Part shown: positions 25,750 to 40,600 of the stretch, one piece after another | Numbering within the stretch: the stretch's first letter is position 1 | Layout of the letters: each line of letters begins with the position of its first letter | Assembly: GCA_964016885.1 (NCBI GenBank) | Contig: OZ024740.1 | Coordinates: 41,230,001 to 41,294,000, forward strand | DNA length: 64,000 nt | Origin: Eledone cirrhosa | Lineage: Eukaryota | Direction: 5' to 3' | The notes under the pieces: generated by a model | Told to the model about the DNA's origin: nothing | Seen by the model: only the letters and a program-made list of their open reading frames with translations | Databases searched by the model: none | Made by a program: the position numbers and the translations under genes

Positions 25750-28700
25750 ATAAATTTATTTTTATTTGTTTTATGTATTAAAATAAAGTGTACGTGAAGA
25801 TAAATTTACTTTTATTTGTTTTATGTATTAAAATAAAGTGTACGTGAAGATAAATTTATTTTTATTTGTTTTATGTATTAAAATAAAGTGTACGTGAAGA
25901 TAAATTTACTTTTATTTGTTTTATGTATTAAAATAAAGTGTACGTGAAGATAAATTTATTTTTATTTGTTTTATGTATTAAAATAAAGTGTACGTGAAGA
26001 TAAATTTATTTTTATTTGTTTTATGTATTAAAATAAAGTGTACGTGAAGATAAATTTATTTTTATTTGTTTCATGTATTAAAATAAAGTGTACGTGAAGA
26101 TAAATTTATTTTTATTTGTTTTATGTATTAAAATAAAGTGTACGTGAAGATAAATTTATTTTTATTTGTTTTATGTATTAAAATAAAGTGTACTTGAAGA
26201 TAAATTTATTTTTATTTGTTTTATGTATTAAAATAAAGTGTACGTGAAGATAAATTTATTTTTATTTGTTTTATGTATTAAAATAAAGTGTACGTGAAGA
26301 TAAATTTATTTTTATTTGTTTTATGTATTAAAATAAAGTGTACGTGAAGATAAATTTATTTTTATTTGTTTTATGTATTAAAATAAAGTGTACGTGAAGA
26401 TAAATTTATTTTTATTTGTTTTATGTATTAAAATAAAGTGTACATGAAAATAAATTTATTTTTATTTGTTTTATGTATCTAAATAAAGTGTACGTGAAGA
26501 TAAATTTATTTTTATTTGTTTTATGTATTAAAATAAAGTGTACGTGAAGATAAATTTATTTTTATTTGTTTTATGTATTTAAATAAAGTGTACGTGAAGA
26601 TAAATTTATTTTTATTTGTTTTATGTATTAAAATAAAGTGTACGTGAAGATAAATTTATTTTTATTTGTTTTATGTATTAAAATAAAGTGTACGTGAAGA
26701 TAAATTTATTTCTATTTGTTTTATGTATTAAAATAAAGTGTACGTGAAGATAAATTTATTTTTATTTGTTTTATGTATTAAAATAAAGTGTACGTGAAGA
26801 TAAATTTATTTTTATATGTTTTATGTATTAAAATAAAGTGTACGTGAAGATAAATTTATTTTTATTTGTTTTATGTATTTAAATAAAGTGTACGTGAAGA
26901 TAAATTTATTTTTATTTGTTTTATGTATTAAAATAAAGTGTACGTGAAGATAAATTTATTTTTATTTGTTTTATGTATTAAAATAAAGTGTACGTGAAGA
27001 TAAATTTATTTTTATTTGTTTTATGTATTAAAATAAAGTGTACGTGAAGATAAATTTATTTTTAATTGTTTTATGTATTTAAATAAAGTATACGTGAAGA
27101 TAAATTTATTTTTATTTGTTTTATGTATTAAAATAAAGTGTACGTGAAGATAAATTTATTTTTATTTGTTTCATGTATTAAAATAAAGTGTACGTGAAGA
27201 TAAATTTATTTTTATTTGTTTTATGTATTAAAATAAAGTGTACGTGAAGATAAATTTATCTTTATTTGTTTTATGTATTAAAATAAAGTGTACGTGAAGA
27301 TAAATTTATCTTTATTTGTTTTATGTATTAAAATAAAGTGTACGTGAAGATAAATTTATTTTTATTTGTTTTATGTATTAAAATAAAGTGTACGTGAAGA
27401 TAAATTTATTTCTATTTGTTTTATGTATTAAAATAAAGTGTACATGAAAATAAATTTATTTTTATTTGTTTTATGTATCTAAATAAAGTGTACGTGAAGA
27501 TAAATTTATTTTTATTTGTTTTATGTATTAAAATAAAGTGTACGTGAAGATAAATTTATTTTTATTTGTTTTATGTATTAAAATAAAGTGTACGTGAAGA
27601 TAAATTTACTTTTATTTGTTTTATGTATTAAAATAAAGTGTACGTGAAGATAAATTTATTTTTATTTGTTTTATGTATTAAAATAAAGTGTACGTGAAGA
27701 TAAATTTACTTTTATTTGTTTTATGTATTAAAATAAAGTGTACGTGAAGATAAATTTATTTTTATTTGTTTTATGTATTAAAATAAAGTGTACGTGAAGA
27801 TAAATTTATTTTTATTTGTTTTATGTATTAAAATAAAGTCTACGTGAAGATAAATTTATTTTTATTTGTTTCATGTATTAAAATAAAGTGTACGTGAAGA
27901 TAAATTTATTTTTATTTGTTTTATGTATTAAAATAAAGTGTACGTGAAGATAAATTTATTTTTATTTGTTTTATGTATTAAAATAAAGTGTACTTGAAGA
28001 TAAATTTATTTTTATTTGTTTTATGTATTAAAATAAAGTGTACGTGAAGATAAATTTATTTTTATTTGTTTTATGTATTAAAATAAAGTGTACGTGAAGA
28101 TAAATTTATTTTTATTTGTTTTATGTATTAAAATAAAGTGTACGTGAAGATAAATTTATTTTTATTTGTTTTATGTATTAAAATAAAGTGTACGTGAAGA
28201 TAAATTTATTTTTATTTGTTTTATGTATTAAAATAAAGTGTACATGAAAATAAATTTATTTTTATTTGTTTTATGTATCTAAATAAAGTGTACGTGAAGA
28301 TAAATTTATTTTTATTTGTTTTATGTATTAAAATAAAGTGTACGTGAAGATAAATTTATTTTTATTTGTTTTATGTATTTAAATAAAGTGTACGTGAAGA
28401 TAAATTTATTTTTATTTGTTTTATGTATTAAAATAAAGTGTACGTGAAGATAAATTTATTTCTATTTGTTTTATGTATTAAAATAAAGTGTACGTGAAGA
28501 TAAATTTATTTTTATTTGTTTTATGTATTAAAATAAAGTGTACGTGAAGATAAATTTATTTTTATATGTTTTATGTATTAAAATAAAGTGTACGTGAAGA
28601 TAAATTTATTTTTATTTGTTTTATGTATTTAAATAAAGTGTACGTGAAGATAAATTTATTTTTATTTGTTTTATGTATTAAAATAAAGTGTACGTGAAGA

Positions 28701-29300
28701 TAAATTTATTTTTATTTGTTTTATGTATTAAAATAAAGTGTACGTGAAGATAAATTTATTTTTATTTGTTTTATGTATTAAAATAAAGTGTACGTGAAGA
28801 TAAATTTATTTTTAATTGTTTTATGTATTTAAATAAAGTATACGTGAAGATAAATTTATTTTTATTTGTTTTATGTATTAAAATAAAGTGTACGTGAAGA
28901 TAAATTTATTTTTATTTGTTTCATGTATTAAAATAAAGTGTACGTGAAGATAAATTTATTTTTATTTGTTTTATGTATTAAAATAAAGTGTACGTGAAGA
29001 TAAATTTATCTTTATTTGTTTTATGTATTAAAATAAAGTGTACGTGAAGATAAATTTATCTTTATTTGTTTTATGTATTAAAATAAAGTGTACGTGAAGA
29101 TAAATTTATTTTTATTTGTTTTATGTATTAAAATAAAGTGTACGTGAAGATAAATTTATTTCTATTTGTTTTATGTATTAAAATAAAGTGTACATGAAAA
29201 TAAATTTATTTTTATTTGTTTTATGTATCTAAATAAAGTGTACGTGAAGATAAATTTATTTTTATTTGTTTTATGTATTAAAATAAAGTGTACGTGAAGA
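25750..29300. repeat. 36/35-monomer (1,800/1,750-bp) tandem duplication
   Basis: tacttg 26194/27994 and tacatgaaa 26444/28244 are at +1,800. tttcta 26712/28462 and tacatgaaa 27444/29194 are at +1,750, so the copies differ by one whole monomer. Confidence 0.8.
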
Positions 29301-32300
29301 TAAATTTATTTTTATTTGTTTTATGTATTTAAATAAAGTGTACGTGAAGATAAATTTATTTTTATTTGTTTTATGTATTAAAATAAAGTGTACGTGAAGA
29401 TAAATTTATTTTTATTTGTTTTATGTATTAAAATAAAGTGTACGTGAAGATAAATTTATTTTTATTTGTTTTATGTATTAAAATAAAGTGTACGTGAAGA
29501 TAAATTTATTTCTATTTGTTTTATGTATTAAAATAAAGTGTACGTGAAGATAAATTTATTTTTATTTGTTTTATGTATTAAAATAAAGTGTACGTGAAGA
29601 TAAATTTACTTTTATTTGTTTTATGTATTAAAATAAAGTGTATGTGAAGATAAATTTACTTTTATTTGTTTTATGTATTAAAATAAAGTGTACGTGAAGA
29701 TAAATTTATTTTTATTTGTTTTATGTATCTAAATAAAGTGTACGCGAAGATCAATTTATTTCTATTTGTTTTATCTATTAAAATAAAGTGTACGTGAAGA
29801 TAAATTTATTTTTATTTGTTTTATGTATTAAAATAAAGTGTACGTGAAGATAAATTTACTTTTATTTGTTTTATGTATTAAAATAAAGTGTACGTGAAGA
29901 TAAATTTATTTTTATTTGTTTTATGTATTAAAATAAAGTGTACGTGAAGATAAATTTACTTTTATTTGTTTTATGTATTAAAATAAAGTGTATGTGAAGA
30001 TAAATTTACTTTTATTTGTTTTATGTATTAAAATAAAGTGTACGTGAAGATAAATTTATTATAATTTGTTTTATGTATTAAAATAAATGTACGTGAAGAT
30101 AAATTTATTTTTATTTGTTTTATATATTAAAATAAAGTCTACGTGAAGATAAATTTATTTTTATTTGTTTTATGTATTAAAATAAAGTGTACGTGAAGAT
30201 AAATTTATTTTTAATTGTTTTATGTATTTAAATAAAGTGTACGTGAAGATAAATTTATTTTTATTTGTTTTATGTATTAAAATAAAGTGTACGTGAAGAT
30301 AAATTTATTTTTATTTGTTTTATGTATTAAAATAAAGTGTACGTGAAGATAGATTTATTTTTATTTGTGTTATGTATTAAAATAAAGTGTACGTGAAGAT
30401 AAATTTATTTTTATTTGTTTTATGTATTAAAATAAAGTGTACGTGAAGATAAATTTATTTTTATTTGTTTTATGTATTAAAATAAAGTGTACGTGAAGAT
30501 ACATTTATTTTTATTTGTTTTATGTATTAAAATAAAGTGTACGTGAAGATAAATTTATTTTTATTTGTCTTATGTATTAAAATAATGTGTACGTGAAGAT
30601 AAATTTACTTTTATTTGTTTTATGTATTAAAATAAAGTGTACGTGAAGATAAATTTACTTTTATTTGTTTTATGTATTAAAATAAAGTGTACGTGAAGAT
30701 AAATTTACTTTTATTTGTTTTATGTATTAAAATAAAGTGTACGTGAAGATAAATTTATTTTTATTTGTTTTATGTATTAAAATAAAGTGTCCGTGAAGAT
30801 AAATTAATTTTTATTTGTTTTATGTATTAAAATAAAGTGTACGTGAAGATAAATTTACTTTTATTTGTTTTATGTATTAAAATAAAGTGTATGTGGAGAT
30901 AAATTTACTTTTATTTGTTTTATGTGTTAAAATATAGTGTACGTGAAGATAGATTTATTTTTATTTGTGTTATGTATTAAAATAAAGTGTACGTGAAGAT
31001 AAATTTATTTTTATTTGTTTTATGTATTAAAATAAAGTGTACGTGAAGATAAATTTATTTTTATTTGTTTTATGTATTAAAATAAAGTGTATGTGAAGAT
31101 AAATTTACTTTTATTTGTTTTATGTATTAAAATAAAGTGTACGTGAAGATAAATTTATTTTTATTTGTTTTATGTATCTAAATAAAGTGTACGTGAAGAT
31201 AAATTTATTTTTATTTGTTTTATGTATTAAAATAAAGTGTACGTGAAGATAAATTTACTTTTATTTGTTTTATGTATTAAAATAAATTGTACGTGAAGAT
31301 AAATTTATTTTTATTTGTTTTATGTATTAAAATAAAGTGTACGTGAAGATAAATTTATTTTTATTTGTTTTATGTATTAAAATAAAGTGTACGTGAAGAT
31401 AAATTTATTTTTATTTGTTTTATGTATTAAAATAAAGTGTACGTGAAGATAAATTTATTTTTATTTGTTTTATGTATTAAAATAAAGTGTACGTGAAGAT
31501 AAATTTATTTTTATTTGTTTTATGTATTAAAATAAAGTGTACGTGAAGATAAATTTACTTTTATTTGTTTTATGTATTAAAATAAAGTGTATGTGAAGAT
31601 AAATTTACTTTTATTTGTTTTATGTATTAAAATAAAGTGTACGTGAAGATAAATTTATTTTTATTTGTTTTATGTATCTAAATAAAGTGTACGCGAAGAT
31701 CAATTTATTTCTATTTGTTTTATCTATTAAAATAAAGTGTACGTGAAGATAAATTTATTTTTATTTGTTTTATGTATTAAAATAAAGTGTACGTGAAGAT
31801 AAATTTACTTTTATTTGTTTTATGTATTAAAATAAAGTGTACGTGAAGATAAATTTATTTTTATTTGTTTTATGTATTAAAATAAAGTGTACGTGAAGAT
31901 AAATTTACTTTTATTTGTTTTATGTATTAAAATAAAGTGTATGTGAAGATAAATTTACTTTTATTTGTTTTATGTATTAAAATAAAGTGTACGTGAAGAT
32001 AAATTTATTATAATTTGTTTTATGTATTAAAATAAATGTACGTGAAGATAAATTTATTTTTATTTGTTTTATATATTAAAATAAAGTCTACGTGAAGATA
32101 AATTTATTTTTATTTGTTTTATGTATTAAAATAAAGTGTACGTGAAGATAAATTTATTTTTAATTGTTTTATGTATTTAAATAAAGTGTACGTGAAGATA
32201 AATTTATTTTTATTTGTTTTATGTATTAAAATAAAGTGTACGTGAAGATAGATTTATTTTTATTTGTGTTATGTATTAAAATAAAGTGTACGTGAAGATA

Positions 32301-34672
32301 AATTTATTTTTATTTGTTTTATGTATTAAAATAAAGTGTACGTGAAGATAAATTTATTTTTATTTGTTTTATGTATTAAAATAAAGTGTACGTGAAGATA
32401 CATTTATTTTTATTTGTTTTATGTATTAAAATAAAGTGTACGTGAAGATAAATTTATTTTTATTTGTCTTATGTATTAAAATAATGTGTACGTGAAGATA
32501 AATTTACTTTTATTTGTTTTATGTATTAAAATAAAGTGTACGTGAAGATAAATTTACTTTTATTTGTTTTATGTATTAAAATAAAGTGTACGTGAAGATA
32601 AATTTACTTTTATTTGTTTTATGTATTAAAATAAAGTGTACGTGAAGATAAATTTATTTTTATTTGTTTTATGTATTAAAATAAAGTGTACGTGAAGATA
32701 AATTTACTTTTATTTGTTTTATGTATTAAAATAAAGTGTACGTGAAGATAAATTTATTTTTATTTGTTTTATGTATTAAAATAAAGTGTACGTGAAGATA
32801 AATTTATTTTTATTTGTTTTATGTATTAAAATAAAGTGTACGTGAAGATAAATTTATTTTTATTTGTTTTATGTATTAAGATAAAGTGTACGTGAAGATA
32901 AATTTATTTTTATTTGTTTTATGTATTAAAATAAAGTGTCCGTGAAGATAAATTAATTTTTATTTGTTTTATGTATTAAAATAAAGTGTACGTGAAGATA
33001 GATTTATTTTTATTTGTGTTATGTATTAAAATAAAGTGTACGTGAAGATAAATTTATTTTTATTTGTTTTATGTATTAAAATAAAGTGTACGTGAAGATA
33101 AATTTATTTTTATTTGTTTTATGTATTAAAATAAAGTGTACGTGAAGATACATTTATTTTTATTTGTTTTATGTATTAAAATAAAGTGTACGTGAAGATA
33201 AATTTATTTTTATTTGTCTTATGTATTAAAATAATGTGTACGTGAAGATAAATTTACTTTTATTTGTTTTATGTATTAAAATAAAGTGTACGTGAAGATA
33301 AATTTACTTTTATTTGTTTTATGTATTAAAATAAAGTGTACGTGAAGATAAATTTACTTTTATTTGTTTTATGTATTAAAATAAAGTGTATGTGGAGATA
33401 AATTTACTTTTATTTGTTTTATGTGTTAAAATATAGTGTACGTGAAGATAGATTTATTTTTATTTGTGTTATGTATTAAAATAAAGTGTACGTGAAGATA
33501 AATTTATTTTTATTTGTTTTATGTATTAAAATAAAGTGTACGTGAAGATAAATTTATTTTTATTTGTTTTATGTATTAAAATAAAGTGTACGTGAAAATA
33601 AATTTACTTTTATTTGTTTTATGTATTAAAATAAAGTGTACGTGAAGATAAATTTATTTTTATTTGTTTTATGTATTAAAATAAAGTGTACGTGAAGATA
33701 AATTTACTTTTATTTGTTTTATGTATTAAAATAAAGTGTATGTGAAGATAAATTTACTTTTATTTGTTTTATGTATTAAAATAAAGTGTACGTGAAGATA
33801 AATTTATTTTTATTTGTTTTATGTATCTAAATAAAGTGTACGTGAAGATAAATTTATTTTTATTTGTTTTATGTATTAAAATAAAGTGTACGTGAAGATA
33901 AATTTATTTTTATTTGTTTTATGTATTTAAATAAAGTGTACGTGAAGATAAATTTACTTTTATTTGTTTTATGTATTAAAATAAAGTGTACGTTAAGATA
34001 AATTTATTTTTATTTGTTTTATGTATTAAAATAAAGTGTACGTGAAGATAAATTTATTTTTATTTGTTTTATGTATAAAAATAAAGTGTACGTGAAGATA
34101 AATTTATTTTTATTTGTTTTATGTATTAAAATAAATGTACGTGAAGATAAATTTATTTTTATTTGTTTTATATATTAAAATAAAGTGTACGTGAAGATAA
34201 ATTTATTTTATTTGTTTTATGTATTAAAATAAAGTGTACGTGAAGATAGATTTATTTTTAATTGTGTTATGTATTAAAATAAAGTGTACGTGAAGATAAA
34301 TTTATTTTTATTTGTTTTATGTATTAAAATAAAGTGTACGTGAAGATAAATTTATTTTTATTTGTGTTATGTATTAAAATAAAGTGTACGTGAAGATACA
34401 TTTATTTTTATTTGTTTTATGTATTAAAATAAAGTGTACGTGAAGATAAATTTATTTTTATTTGTCTTATGTATTAAAATAATGTGTACGTGAAGATAAA
34501 TTTACTTTTATTTGTTTTATGTATTAAAATAAAGTGTACGTGAAGATAAATTTAATTTTATTTGTTTTATGTATTAAAATAAAGTGTACGTGAAGATAAA
34601 TTTACTTTTATTTGTTTTATGTATTAAAATAAAGTGTACGTGAAGATAAATTTATTTTTATTTGTTTTATGT

Positions 34673-37600
34673 ATTAAAATAAAGTGTACATGAAAATAAA
34701 TTTATTTTTATTTGTTTTATGTATCTAAATAAAGTGTACGTGAAGATAAATTTATTTTTATTTGTTTTATGTATTAAAATAAAGTGTACGTGAAGATAAA
34801 TTTATTTTTATTTGTTTTATGTATTTAAATAAAGTGTACGTGAAGATAAATTTATTTTTATTTGTTTTATGTATTAAAATAAAGTGTACGTGAAGATAAA
34901 TTTATTTTTATTTGTTTTATGTATTAAAATAAAGTGTACGTGAAGATAAATTTATTTCTATTTGTTTTATGTATTAAAATAAAGTGTACGTGAAGATAAA
35001 TTTATTTTTATTTGTTTTATGTATTAAAATAAAGTGTACGTGAAGATAAATTTATTTTTATTTGTTTTATGTATTAAAATAAAGTGTACGTGAAGATAAA
35101 TTTATTTTTATTTGTTTTATGTATTAAAATAAAGTGTACGTGAAGATAAATTTACTTTTATTTGTTTTATGTATTAAAATAAAGTGTATGTGAAGATAAA
35201 TTTACTTTTATTTGTTTTATGTATTAAAATAAAGTGTACGTGAAGATAAATTTATTTTTATTTGTTTTATGTATCTAAATAAAGTGTACGTGAAGATAAA
35301 TTTATTTTTATTTGTTTTATGTATTAAAATAAAGTGTACGTGAAGATAAATTTATTTTTATTTGTTTTATGTATTAAAATAAAGTGTACGGAAGATAAAT
35401 TTATTTTTATTTGTCTTATGTATTAAAATAATGTGTACGTGAAGATAAATTTACTTTTATTTGTTTTATGTATTAAAATAAAGTGTACGTGAAGATAAAT
35501 TTACTTTTATTTGTTTTATGTATTAAAATAAAGTGTACGTGAAGATAAATTTACTTTTATTTGTTTTATGTATTAAAATAAAGTGTACGTGAAGATAAAT
35601 TTACTTTTATTTGTTTTATGTATTAAAATAAAGTGTACGTGAAGATAAATTTATTTTTATTTGTTTTATGTATTAAAATAAAGTGTACGTGAAGATAAAT
35701 TTATTTTTATTTGTTTTATGTATTAAAATAAAGTGTACGTGAAGATAAATTTATTTTTATTTGTTTTATGTATCTAAATAAAGTGTACGTGAAGATAAAT
35801 TTATTTTTATTTGTTTTATGTATTAAAATAAAGTGTACGTGAAGATAAACTTATTTTTATTTGTTTTATGTATTTAAATAAAGTGTACGTGAAGATAAAT
35901 TTACTTTTATTTGTTTTATGTATTAAAATAAAGTGTACGTTAAGATAAATTTATTTTTATTTGTTTTATGTATTAAAATAAAGTGTACGTGAAGATAAAT
36001 TTATTTTTATTTGTTTTATGTATAAAAATAAAGTGTACGTGAAGATAAATTTATTTTTATTTGTTTCATGTATTAAAATAAAGTGTACGTGAAGATAAAT
36101 TTACTTTTATTTGTTTTATGTATTAAAATAAAGTGTACGTGAAGATAAATTTACTTTTATTTGTTTTATGTATTAAAATAAAGTGTACGTGAAGATAAAT
36201 TTATTTTTATTTGTTTTATGTATTAAAATAAAGTGTACGTGAAGATAAATTTATTTTTATTTGTTTTATGTATTAAAATAAAGTGTACGTGAAGATAAAT
36301 TTATTTTTATTTGTTTTATGAATTAAAATAAAGTGTACGTGAAGATAAATTTACTTTTATTTGTTTTATGTATTAAAATAAAGTGTACGTGAAGATAAAT
36401 TTACTTTTATTTGTTTCATGTATTAAAATAAAGTGTACGTGAAGATAAATTTACTTTTATTTGTTTTATGTATTAAAATAAAGTGTACGTGAAGATAAAT
36501 TTACTTTTATTTGTTTTATGTATTAAAATAAAGTGTACGTGAAGATAAATTTATTTTTATTTGTTTTATGTATTAAAATAAAGTGTACGTGAAGATAAAT
36601 TTATTTTTATTTGTTTTATGTATTAAAATAAAGTGTACGTGAAGATAAATTTATTTTTATTTGTTTTATGTATCTAAATAAAGTGTACGTGAAGATAAAT
36701 TTATTTTTATTTGTTTTATGTATTAAAATAAAGTGTACGTGAAGATAAATTTATTTTTATTTGTTTTATGTATTTAAATAAAGTGTACGTGAAGATAAAT
36801 TTACTTTTATTTGTTTTATGTATTAAAATAAAGTGTACGTTAAGATAAATTTATTTTTATTTGTTTTATGTATTAAAATAAAGTGTACGTGAAGATAAAT
36901 TTATTTTTATTTGTTTTATGTATAAAAATAAAGTTTACGTGAAGATAAATTTATTTTTATTTGTTTTATGTATTAAAATAAATGTACGTGAAGATAAATT
37001 TATTTTTATTTGTTTTATATATTAAAATAAAGTGTACGTGAAGATAAATTTATTTTATTTGTTTTATGTATTAAAATAAAGTGTACGTGAAGATAGATTT
37101 ATTTTTTATTTGTGTTATGTATTAAAATAAAGTGTACGTGAAGATAAATTTATTTTTATTTGTTTTATGTATTAAAATAAAGTGTACGTGAAGATAAATT
37201 TATTTTTATTTGTGTTATGTATTAAAATAAAGTGTACGTGAAGATACATTTATTTTTATTTGTTTTATGTATTAAAATAAAGTGTACGTGAAGATAAATT
37301 TATTTTTATTTGTCTTATGTATTAAAATAATGTGTACGTGAAGATAAATTTACTTTTATTTGTTTTATGTATTAAAATAAAGTGTACGTGAAGATAAATT
37401 TACTTTTATTTGTTTTATGTATTAAAATAAAGTGTACGTGAAGATAAATTTAATTTTATTTGTTTTATGTATTAAAATAAAGTGTACGTGAAGATAAATT
37501 TACTTTTATTTGTTTTATGTATTAAAATAAAGTGTACGTGAAGATAAATTTATTTTTATTTGTTTTATGTATTAAAATAAAGTGTACATGAAAATAAATT

Positions 37601-40600
37601 TATTTTTATTTGTTTTATGTATCTAAATAAAGTGTACGTGAAGATAAATTTATTTTAATTTGTTTTATGTATTAAAATAAAGTGTACGTGAAGATAAATT
37701 TATTTTTATTTGTTTTATGTATTTAAATAAAGTGTACGTGAAGATAAATTTATTTTTATTTGTTTTATGTATTAAAATAAAGTGTACGTGAAGATAAATT
37801 TATTTTTATTTGTTTTATGTATTAAAATAAAGTGTACGTGAAGATAAATTTATTTCTATTTGTTTTATGTATTAAAATAAAGTGTACGTGAAGATAAATT
37901 TATTTTTATTTGTTTTATGTATTAAAATAAAGTGTACGTGAAGATAAATTTATTTTTATTTGTTTTATGTATTAAAATAAAGTGTACGTGAAGATAAATT
38001 TATTTTTATTTGTTTTATGTATTAAAATAAAGTGTACGTGAAGATAAATTTACTTTTATTTGTTTTATGTATTAAAATAAAGTGTATGTGAAGATAAATT
38101 TACTTTTATTTGTTTTATGTATTAAAATAAAGTGTACGTGAAGATAAATTTATTTTTATTTGTTTTATGTATCTAAATAAAGTGTACGTGAAGATAAATT
38201 TATTTTTATTTGTTTTATGTATTAAAATAAAGTGTACGTGAAGATAAATTTATTTTTATTTGTTTTATGTATTAAAATAAAGTGTACGGAAGATAAATTT
38301 ATTTTTATTTGTCTTATGTATTAAAATAATGTGTACGTGAAGATAAATTTACTTTTATTTGTTTTATGTATTAAAATAAAGTGTACGTGAAGATAAATTT
38401 ACTTTTATTTGTTTCATGTATTAAAATAAAGTGTACGTGAAGATAAATTTACTTTTATTTGTTTTATGTATTAAAATAAAGTGTACGTGAAGATAAATTT
38501 ATTTTTATTTGTCTTATGTATTAAAATAATGTGTACGTGAAGATAAATTTACTTTTATTTGTTTTATGTATTAAAATAAAGTGTACGTGAAGATAAATTT
38601 ATTTTTATTTGTTTTATGAATTAAAATAAAGTGTACGTGAAGATAAATTTACTTTTATTTGTTTTATGTATTAAAATAAAGTGTACGTGAAGATAAATTT
38701 ATTTTTATTTGTTTTATGTATTAAAATAAAGTGTACGTGAAGATAAATTTATTTTTATTTGTTTTATGTATTAAAATAAAGTGTACGTGAAGATAAATTT
38801 ATTTTTATTTGTGTTATGTATTAAAATAAAGTGTACGTGAAGATAAATTTATTTTTATTTGTTTTATGTATTAAAATAAAGTGTAGTGAAGATAAATTTA
38901 TTTTTATTTGTTTTATGTATTAAAATAAAGTGTACGTGAAGATACATTTATTTTTATTTGTTTTATGTATTAAAATAAAGTGTACGTGAAGATAAATTTA
39001 TTTTTATTTGTCTTATGTATTAAAATAATGTGTACGTGAAGATAAATTTACTTTTATTTGTTTTATGTATTAAAATAAAGTGTACGTGAAGATAAATTTA
39101 CTTTTATTTGTTTTATGTATTAAAATAAAGTGTACGTGAAGATAAATTTACTTTTATTTGTTTTATGTATTAAAATAAAGTGTACGTGAAGATAAATGTA
39201 TTTTTATTTGTTTTATGTATTAAAATAAAGTGTACGTGAAGATAAATTTATTTTTATTTGTTTTATGTATTAAAATAAAGTGTACGTGAAGATAAATTTA
39301 TTTTTATTTGTTTTATGTATTAAAATAAAGTGTACGTGAAGATAAATTTATTTTTATTTGTTTTATGTATTAAAATAAAGTGTACGTGAAGATAAATTTA
39401 TTTTTATTTGTTTTATGTATTAAAATAAAGTGTACGTGAAGATAAATTTATTTTTATTTGTTTTATGTATTAAAATAAAGTGTCCGTGAAGATAAATTTA
39501 TTTTTATTTGTTTTATGTATTAAAATAAAGTGTACGTGAAGATAAATTTATTTTTATTTGTCTTATGTATTAAAATAATGTGTACGTGAAGATAAATTTA
39601 CTTTTATTTGTTTTATGAATTAAAATAAAGTGTACGTGAAGATAAATTTACTTTTATTTGTTTTATGTATTAAAATCAAGTGTACGTGAAGATAAATTTA
39701 CTTTTATTTGTTTTATGTATTAAAATAAAGTGTACGTGAAGATAAATTTATTTTTAATTGTTTTATGTATTTAAATAAAGTGTACGTGAAGATAAATTTA
39801 TTTTTATTTGTTTTATGTATTAAAATAATGTGTACGTGAAGATAAATTTATTTTTATTTGTTTTATGTATTAAAATAAAGTGTACGTGAAGATAGATTTA
39901 TTTTTATTTGTTTTATGAATTAAAATAAAGTGTACATGAAAATAAATTTATTTTTATTTGTTTTATGTATCTAAATAAAGTGTACGTGAAGATAAATTTA
40001 TTTTTATTTGTTTTATGTATTAAAATAAAGTGTACGTGAAGATAAATTTATTTTTATTTGTTTTATGTATTTAAATAAAGTGTACGTGAAGATAAATTTA
40101 TTTTTATTTGTTTTATGTATTAAAATAAAGTGTACGTGAAGATAAATTTATTTTTATTTGTTTTATGTATTAAAATAAAGTGTACGTGAAGATAAATTTA
40201 TTTCTATTTGTTTTATGTATTAAAATAAAGTGTACGTGAAGATAAATTTATTTTTATTTGTCTTATGTATTAAAATAATGTGTACGTGAAGATAAATTTA
40301 CTTTTATTTGTTTTATGAATTAAAATAAAGTGTACGTGAAGATAAATTTACTTTTATTTGTTTTATGTATTAAAATCAAGTGTACGTGAAGATAAATTTA
40401 CTTTTATTTGTTTTATGTATTAAAATAAAGTGTACGTGAAGATAAATTTATTTTTAATTGTTTTATGTATTTAAATAAAGTGTACGTGAAGATAAATTTA
40501 TTTTTATTTGTTTTATGTATTAAAATAATGTGTACGTGAAGATAAATTTATTTTTATTTGTTTTATGTATTAAAATAAAGTGTACGTGAAGATAGATTTA

